DNA of 64,000 bases from Acidimicrobiia bacterium (lineage in GTDB: Bacteria > Actinomycetota > Acidimicrobiia > Spongiisociales > ZC4RG35). A program made the translations under genes and the position numbers. This document shows, in pieces, positions 37,775 to 47,099 of the stretch; within the stretch, counting starts at the first letter, position 1; each line of letters starts with the position of its first letter. The stretch lies in the NCBI GenBank assembly GCA_965220995.1, contig OZ244856.1, positions 97,407-161,406 of the forward strand, read 5' to 3'. The notes under the pieces are model-generated. The model did not search any database. It worked only from the letters and a program-made list of their open reading frames with translations, and was not told the origin of the DNA.

Positions 37775-38098
37775 TCAGAAGAACCGGAGGAGTATCCCCA
37801 CTGCTCCGAGGATCGCCAAGGCTATCCACACGGTGCGTCCGAAGGCCCTGTGCAGTCCGGCGATCTGTACCTCGATTTTGGCGATCTCCACTTCAATTCT
37901 GCTGTTGAGGGTGGTCTCCAGTCGGTCCATTCGACCGTTGAGGCTCCCTTCCAGTTGGTCCATTCGACCGTTGAGGCTCCCTTCCAGTCGGTCCATCCTG
38001 TTTTCCAGGTCGTGTTTGACCAGCATGACGTCGCCTTTGGTGGCGGGTTTCGTCATCCAGTCGTCCTCGGCGATCAACTTTTCTACCTCCAGAGCCAT
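37775..38098 (-). CDS. Small coiled-coil protein with C-terminal transmembrane anchor (DUF1640-like), containing an 11-aa tandem repeat
   Basis: RMDRLEGSLNG / RMDQLEGSLNG / RMDRLETTLNS repeats, then a hydrophobic tail 'VWIALAILGAVGILLRFF'. Confidence 0.5.
   Translation of the reverse strand: MALEVEKLIAEDDWMTKPATKGDVMLVKHDLENRMDRLEGSLNGRMDQLEGSLNGRMDRLETTLNSRIEVEIAKIEVQIAGLHRAFGRTVWIALAILGAVGILLRFF
37925..38010. repeat. 33-nt tandem repeat (about 2.6 copies) inside the small coiled-coil gene
   Basis: TCCATTCGACCGTTGAGGCTCCCTTCCAGTTGG is repeated head-to-tail, as seen directly in the sequence. Confidence 0.6.
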
Positions 38099-38315
38099 CG
38101 CATCCTCCCTTCGGGCTGGTTTGCTATATGTCCCCCTATTGGACCTGCTTTCTGTGGCATGCTACCCCAATACGGGAGTAATGCAACCCCGACTACGACC
38201 TAGCGCCGGGAGATGTCAGAGAAGATTGCGGTCTAGATAAGAAGAGTCGAGGCACGCCCGCAGTACGGCGTTGGAGACCGCAGCCTCACAATAGGCACCG
38301 TTCATATGTGAACTT

Positions 38316-40508
38316 ATGTTTACTTTTCTGAGCCGGTTCCGGCGTCAGACAGCAGTCCTGACAGCCCTGGCACTGGTAGCCAGCGTCCTGGTCACCGTAC
38401 CAGTGTCGGCTGCTGATGACGATCCGGAGGCGAATTTTGAGGCTACTTTCAGTGCCTGTGAGGGTTTGGATGCGGCTGGGTTCGAGGATGTTCCCACCGG
38501 TCATTCCAGTGCAGGGTCGATTGATTGTATTGCGTACTACGGGATTACCAGGGGAACTTCGGCTACTACCTACTCGCCGCTGATGTCGGTCACTCGTGAG
38601 CACATGGCCCTGTTCTTGACCCGTTTGGCCGCTCGGGTGGGTATCGACATGACTGCCGATCCCGATGATGCGGGGTTCACTGACATTGGTGAACTACCTG
38701 ATGAGTCGCAGACCGCCATCAATCAGTTGGCCGATCTCGACATCACCACAGGAAAGTCAGCTACTACGTATGCACCGGCTGATTCGGTGACCCGCGGCGA
38801 GATGGCACTGTTCATCTCCAGGTTGATGGACTTGATGGATCCGATGGCCGATGGTGATACCCCTTATGGGTATATCCCATCTGATGTGGTCACGAACGAA
38901 GATGACCATGACATTGGTTCTCCGTTCGCCAACGACTTGAAGGGGTCGGTAGTCACCGTCGCGGACGCAGTTGAGCAGTTGTGGGAGTTGGGTGTGGCTA
39001 CGGGTATCTCCGCCACGGCCTATGCTCCGAACGCCTCGATCACCCGCGCGGCGATGGCTGACTTCATGGCTGCTGTGTTGAATCATTCCAACGCTCGCCC
39101 GGCCGGTGTGACCATGCAGGCGACCTCGACTGAGGACTTCGGAACCGCCAGTTCCACACTTGCCATTTCTTATCGGGATGAGAACTTCGCGCCCATGGTG
39201 GACACATCGATCAAGATCTTCGATACCGAAGACGTTGGAGACTTTGACGAGGACGGCAAGTGCGCTGCTGCTGCTGACTGCGAATGGACCGATAGCGAAA
39301 CTCTCACTAACGCTGCAGGAAATATCTTCCGCGCTGTGTCCGTTGCACTTGAGACGGGCAACGCTGCCAATGACAACACCTGGTATGCGTGGATGGGTGC
39401 TGAGAATGGTGATGAGTTTGTGATGGACCAGTCCGGCGAGGCGTCTATAACCGTCTCCGCTAAACCCCAATCCCTTGGGATGAGGATCATGGCGGACATT
39501 AGCGAAGAGGCCCGCGGCACTGGTGCTACAGGGGCAGGCATCAACGTCAACCTAGCTAAGGACAGTTCGGTCCTTCTCACCGTCCAACTCGTTGACGAGG
39601 CATCCGACAGTACGACGATCGCCAATGCTGATGCTGTGGCGAAAGCTGGCATCGAACTCAGTATCGCCTGGAGTCAGGTCCCCGGTGGAACCGTCCACCC
39701 GGCTCCTGCTCCGGTCACCACTGACGAAAACGGTCAGGCAACCTTCACCATAACCGGACCTGAGGACGACGACGACACGCTACAGACCAGGACTGACACC
39801 ATTACAGTCACGGGCAATGTTGACGGCGACGAAACCACAGGGACCAATGGCGATGAGAGTGCAGCCATTGAGATTATATGGACCGATGCTGCTGCTGAGG
39901 TAATAAAAGGTGAGGCCGAAACTCCCGACTATGTCCTAGTCGTAGATGACGAGGTGAGTGTTCGAGCTACGGTCACCTACTACGACCAGTACGGCAACCC
40001 TGCTGGCGGTGGTCAAAATGTTGACATCACGATCAACAACACCGACGACAACGATGACAGTGGGACGACCACCAAGACGGATCGGACTATTGACAGTCGC
40101 GGCACGGCGGGCTACCGCGGTTCTGTTTCGGCAGAAGCCGGTCACTCGATCACCGTTTCCTTCGCCAACGGCCCAACCAATGACGGTACCACTACCGGTA
40201 CAGCAGTTTCTGTAGACTCTGTTGAGGGCATTGAAGTGTTGAGGCACGCGCATAAGAACGACAACACGACCACGACGGCGGCAGTTACCATCTACGCCGA
40301 TGATGATGTGTTCCACTTCAGCGCTGACGACAGCGAGGCCCTGTACAGCTACGATTCGGACGATGTGTTTATCACCGGCGGAGCTACCGGAGGACAGACG
40401 GTCAGCATGGACAAGTTCGAAGAAATGGTTGAGGACGGTGCCACGGTACAGGTTGTGTCCTACAGCCCAGACGGACCAAGCGTCTTTACTGTGACCGCAA
40501 CAAGCTAA
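38316..40508 (+). CDS. S-layer-homology (SLH) domain surface protein, with three N-terminal SLH domains and Ig-like/adhesin-like repeats
   Basis: A signal peptide, then three SLH modules ('FEDVPTGHSSAGSIDCIAYYGITRG..', 'FTDIGELPDESQTAINQLADLDITTG..', 'FANDLKGSV..LWELGVATGIS..'), followed by a Thr/Asp/Gly-rich beta region. Confidence 0.8.
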   Translation: MFTFLSRFRRQTAVLTALALVASVLVTVPVSAADDDPEANFEATFSACEGLDAAGFEDVPTGHSSAGSIDCIAYYGITRGTSATTYSPLMSVTREHMALFLTRLAARVGIDMTADPDDAGFTDIGELPDESQTAINQLADLDITTGKSATTYAPADSVTRGEMALFISRLMDLMDPMADGDTPYGYIPSDVVTNEDDHDIGSPFANDLKGSVVTVADAVEQLWELGVATGISATAYAPNASITRAAMADFMAAVLNHSNARPAGVTMQATSTEDFGTASSTLAISYRDENFAPMVDTSIKIFDTEDVGDFDEDGKCAAAADCEWTDSETLTNAAGNIFRAVSVALETGNAANDNTWYAWMGAENGDEFVMDQSGEASITVSAKPQSLGMRIMADISEEARGTGATGAGINVNLAKDSSVLLTVQLVDEASDSTTIANADAVAKAGIELSIAWSQVPGGTVHPAPAPVTTDENGQATFTITGPEDDDDTLQTRTDTITVTGNVDGDETTGTNGDESAAIEIIWTDAAAEVIKGEAETPDYVLVVDDEVSVRATVTYYDQYGNPAGGGQNVDITINNTDDNDDSGTTTKTDRTIDSRGTAGYRGSVSAEAGHSITVSFANGPTNDGTTTGTAVSVDSVEGIEVLRHAHKNDNTTTTAAVTIYADDDVFHFSADDSEALYSYDSDDVFITGGATGGQTVSMDKFEEMVEDGATVQVVSYSPDGPSVFTVTATS

Positions 40509-40534
40509 ACCGTCCACATCATCTAACAAAGAGA

Positions 40535-40560
40535 TGGAGGCTCCCCAACCGGGGAGCCTC
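40535..40560. terminator. Perfect hairpin GGAGGCTCCCC-aacc-GGGGAGCCTCC between the two convergent SLH genes (bidirectional terminator candidate)
   Basis: 11-bp stem and 4-nt loop in the 77-bp gap between the convergent genes. Confidence 0.5.
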
Positions 40561-40585
40561 CATCAGATAGTCAAGTGTTTTCTGT

Positions 40586-42859
40586 TTATGAACCGACCGC
40601 GGTGACTCGGAAAATGCTGACACCGTCATCGTCGTAGAACACGACCTCGACAGAACCCGCAGTTCCGCCAGTACCTGCCTTGATCAGTCCTTCGAATTTC
40701 TCGAGGGTGATACGCCTGTCTTCGCCGGCGGCGGGGGCGTCGTCGCCGCTAGTGAGGCCGTTGATGAAGGTATCGCCGTCATCATAGCTGTACAGCGCAC
40801 CCGTGATGCGGAACCGGTCCTCCTTGTCGTAGACCGCAGTAATGGGAGTAGAGGCACCCGTACTGTCGTCATCGGCATGTCTCACTGGGACCACCGAACC
40901 GTCAGCAACCTCTGGAGTAGTGACATCATTTTCGTCGGCCGCGTCCCGGAGTGTATAGGTCACTTCTAAGACTGTGCCCAGAACCCCATCAAGGGTGCGG
41001 GTCCATCTGGCCATGCCTCTGCTACTCACGGTCCTTGTGTCGGAATTATCAGCCCCGGTACCGATGGCGATCGCCACATTTTCGCCCTTGCCGGCGGGGT
41101 TGCCGTACTGGTCGTAGAACGACACCGAGGCTCGGACGGTCACCTTGTTCTGGCCGCTCAAGAAAGCGTAAGGATCAGTGCTTCCCTTACCGGAACCCAC
41201 AGCTGCCCGAGAGATAGCGGTGCCACTCCCGTCTCCGACGGTGTCAGTGGCACCGGCCGGAAGCAGGGTCGGATTGGAGTCTGTCCAGACGATCCTGGTT
41301 ACCACGGTCTCATCATTACCGCCTGTTGCTGTGTACTCATCCGTCGGATCAGCCACATCATTCTGAGTGGTGCCGTTGTCGTTCACATCGGCTTCGAAGG
41401 TAATCATGTCGACCCTGTCAACATCAACGGCGCCCTTGGTGGACTTCGGACCGGAGGCGGTGTAAGTCACCATACCGTCATCATCGGTCTTCATCGGAGC
41501 AGGCCCCGGATGCAGGCGACTTGTGCCCTGGTTCACAGTAATGCTGACTTCAACACCGGACTTGGCCACCGGTTCACCAGTACCGTCGACCAACTGCGCG
41601 GTGACAGTGACACTGCTTGTAGCGTCTATATCCACCGTGTTCTCATTGGTGGAGTTCTCGTTGATGTCAGTAGTGACCTTCAGGTGCACAGCATCAGTGG
41701 TGGAAGACAGAGTTACTGTCGCATGGGGGGACGTGTCGACGTCGAAGTCGTTCTCGTCAGCGTCGGCATCACCCATCCACGCGTAGTAGGTGTTCATCTT
41801 CCCGTTTTCAGCGATGCCGTCCTGGAAGATGTTGCCCGAAACGTCAGTCAGCGACTCGTCATCGGTCCACGCGCAGTCAGAAGCCTCTCCACAGCCACCG
41901 TCCTCGTTGAACGAACCAACCGTGTCGCTGTCGAAGACCTTGACGGACACATCGACCATCGGCATGAACATGTCATCCCGATAGGACACAGCAATGGTGG
42001 TAGAGATGTCGCCGAAGTCCGAGGTGCTTGCAGCCTGGATGGTCACACCGGCCGGTCGGGCGTTGGAGTGATCCAACACTCCAGCCATGAAACCGGCCAT
42101 CGACGCACGGGTGATAGAAGCCGCCGGACCATACGAAGTGTCAGAAAGACCAGAAGCAACACCCAACTCCCACAACGCCGTTATCGCGTCATAGGTCGAC
42201 TTCGTCACCGAACCCAAATCAGTAAACGGCGACTCCGCCTTCTTGGTCTCATCCGCGTCAGTATCATCGTCGTCTTCGACATCAACCACATCTTCGGGGG
42301 TAAACCCAAACGGGGTGTCACCATCGGCCATCGGATCCATCTGATCCATCAACCGGCTGATGAACAAAGCCATGTGACCACGCTGCACCGGATCAGAAGG
42401 TGAATAGGTGGTGTCAGACGTGCCCTGGGTGATCCCAAGATCGGCCAACTGGTTGATCGCGGTCTGTGACTCGTCCGACAGGTCACCGATATCGGTGAAA
42501 CCCGCATCGTCAGGATCGGAAGCAACCTCGATTCCCACCAACCCGGCCAGGCGAGTCAAAAACAGGGCCATATGCTCACGCGTCACCGACATCAACGGCG
42601 AATACGTGGTAGCCGACGTTCCCAGAGTGATCCCGTAATAGGCAATACAGTCGATGTCACCCGCGTTTTCATGATTCGCCGGTACGTCGGTGAAGTCCGA
42701 GGTACCCGCACCAACACACGCTGAGAACGTCGCCGTGTAATCCGCTTTCGGATCGTCGTCAGCAGCCGACACTGGTACGGCGACCAGCACACTGGCCACC
42801 AGTGCCAGGGCTGTCAGGACTGCTGTCTGACGCCGGAACCGGCTCAGAAAAGTAAACAT
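40586..42859 (-). CDS. SLH-domain surface protein, a convergent paralog of the 38316-40508 gene
   Basis: The first 35 or so residues are identical (MFTFLSRFRRQTAVLTALALVASVLV.VPVSAADDDP), and paralogy extends through three SLH domains and about 350 aa before the C-terminal halves diverge. Confidence 0.8.
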   Translation of the reverse strand: MFTFLSRFRRQTAVLTALALVASVLVAVPVSAADDDPKADYTATFSACVGAGTSDFTDVPANHENAGDIDCIAYYGITLGTSATTYSPLMSVTREHMALFLTRLAGLVGIEVASDPDDAGFTDIGDLSDESQTAINQLADLGITQGTSDTTYSPSDPVQRGHMALFISRLMDQMDPMADGDTPFGFTPEDVVDVEDDDDTDADETKKAESPFTDLGSVTKSTYDAITALWELGVASGLSDTSYGPAASITRASMAGFMAGVLDHSNARPAGVTIQAASTSDFGDISTTIAVSYRDDMFMPMVDVSVKVFDSDTVGSFNEDGGCGEASDCAWTDDESLTDVSGNIFQDGIAENGKMNTYYAWMGDADADENDFDVDTSPHATVTLSSTTDAVHLKVTTDINENSTNENTVDIDATSSVTVTAQLVDGTGEPVAKSGVEVSITVNQGTSRLHPGPAPMKTDDDGMVTYTASGPKSTKGAVDVDRVDMITFEADVNDNGTTQNDVADPTDEYTATGGNDETVVTRIVWTDSNPTLLPAGATDTVGDGSGTAISRAAVGSGKGSTDPYAFLSGQNKVTVRASVSFYDQYGNPAGKGENVAIAIGTGADNSDTRTVSSRGMARWTRTLDGVLGTVLEVTYTLRDAADENDVTTPEVADGSVVPVRHADDDSTGASTPITAVYDKEDRFRITGALYSYDDGDTFINGLTSGDDAPAAGEDRRITLEKFEGLIKAGTGGTAGSVEVVFYDDDGVSIFRVTAVGS

Positions 42860-42977
42860 AAGTTCACTTATGCATGCATGAGTTACAACTCGTCAAAGGC
42901 GCCAAGACATGATCGTAAGGCTGACGGGGAAGGGTCGGTTCGGCGATTCTGGTTTTCCGGCGCTATCTGATGGCAGA

Positions 42978-44087
42978 TCAGGAACGGACCGCGGCGATGA
43001 TCTCTTCCACAGACAGGCCGTCCAATCCCAGTCGGTCCAGGGTGCGGCCCTGGGCGATCTCAGACTCCAACCCGGCCGCAGACGCCAGATTCAGCAGGGC
43101 CTCCGCCACCGGGGTCTTCACGCCCGCCACCTTGGCCAACTCCACCATGGGAAGTAACCCATAGCCGAAATCCTCGGTGTAATAGCGGTGACCGAGAGAA
43201 TCGGGAGCCATGATCCGGGCGTTGGCTGAGCCGCCCGAGATGGCGCCCTGCAGGTCTGATTGATCGGCATCGGCCTCCACCGTGCCGATCGCCAACATCT
43301 CCTCCATCAGGGATCCCAGACGGTATCCGAAGGCTTGCGCCACGGCCAGGCGTTCCCGGTCTACGCGTTCCATAACCGAAGCCACCCCGGAAGTCATCCC
43401 CTCCACGTAGAAACGAAAATCGCCGCCCGTGGCCTCCACCCAGGCGGCGGCCATTATCGCTCCGGGGGGATGAAGGACCATATTCACCTCCGCCAATCCC
43501 ACCGCCAGCACATCGGGCTGACGGATAGCACCCGGATAGAGATGGCCGACCAGATCCAATGTCGCTTCCCCACCGGGAAGGCACCCGACCAACATCCGGG
43601 CGGCCGCTCCGGTGATGTTCACCAACCACTGCGGGTCCACCTCCCCCGCCCGATTGTTTGCACCCCCGGCTGTGGCGCGGACCGTATAGGGAAGAGTGGA
43701 ACATTCGGCAATGGCGGGCAGGCACTCGACACCGCTATCCTGCATCACCTTCGCCACCTCCAAGGCGCCTCCCAGGTGACCGGGCGCCAACACCACGGGG
43801 TCCTCGCATCCCACCCGCGCCAAATGTCGGGCCACCTCCCGGTGAGCAGTGGAGGGCAGGCAAACCAGCACTCCGGCTGCTCCCCTCACCGCCTCTGCCA
43901 CGCTGTTGGTGCAGTTGACCGGCATCACCCCATCACCGAACACTCCTTGGTACGCCAGGTGAAACCCGGCAACAGGCTCTTTCGGCAACGTGCGCCGCCA
44001 CCAAACTACGTCGAACCCTCGCAGCGTCAGGTCGACTGTCGCCGCCATGCCCCCCGCTCCCCCTCCCATCACCACAATCCGGGTCAC
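42978..44087 (-). CDS. NAD(P)-dependent opine (octopine/nopaline-type) dehydrogenase-family protein
   Basis: N-terminal Rossmann 'IVVMGGGAGG' and a C-terminal 'YYTEDFGYGLLP' region typical of the opine dehydrogenase family. Confidence 0.75.
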   Translation of the reverse strand: MTRIVVMGGGAGGMAATVDLTLRGFDVVWWRRTLPKEPVAGFHLAYQGVFGDGVMPVNCTNSVAEAVRGAAGVLVCLPSTAHREVARHLARVGCEDPVVLAPGHLGGALEVAKVMQDSGVECLPAIAECSTLPYTVRATAGGANNRAGEVDPQWLVNITGAAARMLVGCLPGGEATLDLVGHLYPGAIRQPDVLAVGLAEVNMVLHPPGAIMAAAWVEATGGDFRFYVEGMTSGVASVMERVDRERLAVAQAFGYRLGSLMEEMLAIGTVEADADQSDLQGAISGGSANARIMAPDSLGHRYYTEDFGYGLLPMVELAKVAGVKTPVAEALLNLASAAGLESEIAQGRTLDRLGLDGLSVEEIIAAVRS

Positions 44088-44097
44088 GGGTAGTTGC

Positions 44098-45288
44098 TCA
44101 CTGACCGGCGCCCAGGTCCAAGTGTGTGCCGGCGGCCACCGAGTACTCTTCCACCTTGGCCGAATCGACCTTCACTCCCAGGCCGGGACCCCGGGGAACC
44201 ATCACCCGCCCCTCCTCGAAACCGAACGCCTCGGTGATCAGGTCGTCGGTGTAATAGATACCGGCAATCTCGGGCCGGGCTGAACCCTGGGGGCCGGAAA
44301 CCGGGCAAACGCTGGGAAGGATGGCGTTTTCGGCGGCCGCGCCCAGCGCCAGATTGGCGGCGTTGCCGATGCCGGTTTCGATCGATCCGCCGATGTCGCA
44401 CATCATGCCCAGGCGACGGGCGGTCTCGGCCTGCTGGCGGGCCCGGAACAAACCGCCGGGTTTGGTGACATAGCACGAAAAGTATTCGGCGGCGCCCAAT
44501 TCAACCAGTTCCCAGATGTCCTCGGTGGTCCAAGCCGACTCATCGGCCATGACCGGGGTCTCCACCCGCTGGGCCACCGCCGCCAAACCCTCCGCCCCGG
44601 CCACCGGCTGTTCGCACAGCATGATGTCGTACTCCTCCTGGGCGCGAGTGACCCGAACGGCCTCCGCCACATGGGAGTAACCCTCGTTTCCATCCACTCT
44701 GATCTTGATCCAGGGGCCCACCAACTCACGCAGTCGTCGCACCAATTCCACATCCCGGGTGGGATCAAGACCCGTTTTGCATTTGATGGTCAAAGCCCCT
44801 TCGGACACCGCCTGCTCCGCCTCGGCCAGACATTTTTCCACCGGCATGATCCCCAGAGAATGCGCCAACTCGATACCCCGACGGTGAGCACCACCCAGCA
44901 GCGTGGACACCCCCACCCCCATGGCATGGCCGGCCGCGTCGTAGCAGGCCATATCGATCATGGCCTTGGCGTAGGGATGACCCTTCACTGCTTTGTCCAT
45001 CCGCGAGTGGACCACCGCGATCTCCCGGGGATCACAGCCGGCCACCGCCGGTAGCAGATAATCGGAAGCCACGATCCGGACCGTCTCCGGTGATTCCCCG
45101 TAATACCTCATGGCCGACCCACCCCAGGTGATTCCCGCCGGGGCCTCTCCCCATCCCACTACTCCCCGGTCGGTGCCCAGGCGGAGAATGGCGTGGTGGC
45201 CGATGGGGGCGGTCATCTTGGAAGCCCAGGTGTGGTGGCGCCGGGTGGGAAGGGCAACTATGTAGATGGTGGCCTCGGTGATTCTCAT
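44098..45288 (-). CDS. Enolase-superfamily enzyme (mandelate racemase / muconate lactonizing enzyme / dipeptide epimerase-like)
   Basis: Capping domain plus a TIM barrel with 'KIRVDGNEGYS', 'MLCEQPV' and metal-ligand Asp/Glu positions. Confidence 0.8.
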   Translation of the reverse strand: MRITEATIYIVALPTRRHHTWASKMTAPIGHHAILRLGTDRGVVGWGEAPAGITWGGSAMRYYGESPETVRIVASDYLLPAVAGCDPREIAVVHSRMDKAVKGHPYAKAMIDMACYDAAGHAMGVGVSTLLGGAHRRGIELAHSLGIMPVEKCLAEAEQAVSEGALTIKCKTGLDPTRDVELVRRLRELVGPWIKIRVDGNEGYSHVAEAVRVTRAQEEYDIMLCEQPVAGAEGLAAVAQRVETPVMADESAWTTEDIWELVELGAAEYFSCYVTKPGGLFRARQQAETARRLGMMCDIGGSIETGIGNAANLALGAAAENAILPSVCPVSGPQGSARPEIAGIYYTDDLITEAFGFEEGRVMVPRGPGLGVKVDSAKVEEYSVAAGTHLDLGAGQ

Positions 45289-46280
45289 GTCGGTTCCGTT
45301 TCATAAAGTTCGATCTCGTTGCCGTCGGGGTCGGCCACATAGACGGTGAGTCCATAGGGGCCGGGCCCCAGGGGACGCACGATCCGGTAACCCGCCTCCT
45401 CCACCCGCCTCTCCCATTTGGCCACCCCCGCCACCTCGAATGCGAAATGATCCACCTGACCGCCCCGGCCGGTTCCCCCTTCGGTGAGACCCAGACCCTC
45501 CTCGGTACCGATGAAGCGACGCCCGTCGCGAAAAGGGGCGCGGTTCTTCACGGTGAATCCCAACAGGTCGACATAGAAGCGCTCGGCAGCCTCCAGATCG
45601 GTGGTCTCCAACAGCACATGCCGTATCCCTTTCACCACCGGACGGCGACTGCTCTCCAACCAGGCCTTCACCTGCTCCGAGGTGGCGAGATGGGCCAAGT
45701 AATGCGACCACACCTCCAAAGCCGAGGGTTCCCACCGGGGGCGCACCCCCGCGATGCAGTCGGTGACGGCCACCACATCGTAATCCCGCAGATAGGCCTC
45801 ACGAATGGTGGTCTCCACACAGGCATTCAAGGTCACCCCGGTGATGAAAAGGGTCCGTGCCCCCAACATGCGCAACAGGGCCTCGAGGCGGGTTTCGTAG
45901 AAGGCTCCGAAACGGTGTTTTTGCACCACCATGGTCGGGTCATCAGCCAGGTCGGCCAGCTCCTCCACGATCTCCGCATCCCAGCTGCCCGCCAGGGCCG
46001 CCACCCGGGAACGGCGCTCGGTGTGAGAGGGGAGTCGCTTGCGTTGCCTACCCCGGTCGGGTTGCAGATGCGCCTGAACCGTCCAGATCACCGGAAGGCT
46101 CGCCTCCCCGAAGGTACGCACCAGCCCAGCGACCGGCTCGTAGACATGGTGGGTAGGTCTGACATCCACCCCTGATTCGCCCAGCGTCCCTTGGGGATGA
46201 CAGAAGGCATTCTGCAGGTCGATAACCAGCAAGGCTGACCCCTGGGGATCAAGCCTCAGCAGATCGGTCTCCCCGCTCAT
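45285..46280 (-). CDS. Fusion protein: N-terminal isochorismatase-like hydrolase and C-terminal VOC (glyoxalase/bleomycin-resistance/dioxygenase) domain
   Basis: N-terminal 'ALLVIDLQNAF' with 'LFITGVTLNACVETT' (Asp/Cys catalytic context). C-terminal 'RHVLLETTDLEAAERFYVDLLGF...DHFAFEV...YVADPDGNEIELYE' VOC signatures. Overlaps both neighbouring genes by 4 nt. Confidence 0.7.
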   Translation of the reverse strand: MSGETDLLRLDPQGSALLVIDLQNAFCHPQGTLGESGVDVRPTHHVYEPVAGLVRTFGEASLPVIWTVQAHLQPDRGRQRKRLPSHTERRSRVAALAGSWDAEIVEELADLADDPTMVVQKHRFGAFYETRLEALLRMLGARTLFITGVTLNACVETTIREAYLRDYDVVAVTDCIAGVRPRWEPSALEVWSHYLAHLATSEQVKAWLESSRRPVVKGIRHVLLETTDLEAAERFYVDLLGFTVKNRAPFRDGRRFIGTEEGLGLTEGGTGRGGQVDHFAFEVAGVAKWERRVEEAGYRIVRPLGPGPYGLTVYVADPDGNEIELYETEPT

Positions 46281-46471
46281 ACGTCGGTTCGGTCGGGACC
46301 GAGCACCCCCGCCAGACCCCAGCTGTCCCGGGGGACATCGTGGATGATGACGTGCAAGGCATCAGGCCGGGCATCGGCATGTTCCACCATCGCCTCGGTG
46401 ATGGACTTCACCAACCGGCGCTTTTGCTCGACGGTTCTTCCTTCCCACATTTCCACGGTCACAACCGGCAC
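46277..46471 (-). CDS. 4-oxalocrotonate tautomerase-family protein
   Basis: 64 aa, with an N-terminal catalytic Pro1 context 'MPVVTVEMWEGRTVEQKRRLVKSITEAM'. Confidence 0.7.
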   Translation of the reverse strand: MPVVTVEMWEGRTVEQKRRLVKSITEAMVEHADARPDALHVIIHDVPRDSWGLAGVLGPDRTDV

Positions 46472-46556
46472 CAGGAGACTCCCTTCATGGCATTCACCCC
46501 CTTAAGTTAGTTTTCCTGGCTACGGGAGTGTGGCGGTAGTCCGGCCCCGGCGGGGC

Positions 46557-46841
46557 TCACCGAAAGTCGAAGCGAGGAGCTTCTGTGTACGGTTCCGAGA
46601 CGGTCGCCTCGATTAAATCATTCCACTGCCTTCTGGTGGTTTCCTTCTCATAGGTAAAGAATCGGGAACACCCTTGGAGATCGGCGGAGCCGAGATGGAT
46701 AGCATCGGCCGATCTCACTCCGCGTAATCCCTCCCGCCGGGCCCGTCGCACGGCATCCGACAGTTTTCGGATCGTGACCTCGCCGCCGAGGCGGAACGTC
46801 ACATGGTCTTCAGACATTCGCAGGGATATTAACGGAGCCAC
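46557..46841 (-). pseudogene. Possible truncated PIN-domain (VapC-like) remnant
   Basis: 'RSADAIHLGSADLQGCSRFFTYEKE' resembles the C-terminal half of VapC, but the N-terminal catalytic Asp region and any antitoxin are missing. Confidence 0.25.
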
Positions 46842-47099
46842 TTTGCATGCTCCTTCGCCTCAGTCTCAACCACCCAGGACTTCCCCACAACAGGACCCAA
46901 CCAACCGCAAGACTTATGCGCCCTTCATCGTAGAGGCGGTGAATCACCCGGCAGGCAGGGGAGGCTGCGCGGACCGTCCGGGCCGATTCAAAGCTCGGGC
47001 CAACGCACCCGACCCGGACCGGGTAACACCGACACCAAATAGTGGATCCCGAAACAAGGAGCAATGTCCCCCGACCAACTCCGATAGCCTTTCCACATC

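Noticed and set aside
38316-42859. Invertible promoter / phase-variation switch formed by the inverted identical 5' ends of the SLH genes
   Set aside because: Both copies carry their own similar upstream leader, so inversion between them would not change which gene is expressed. There is no recombinase gene adjacent. It is reported only as a recombination substrate.
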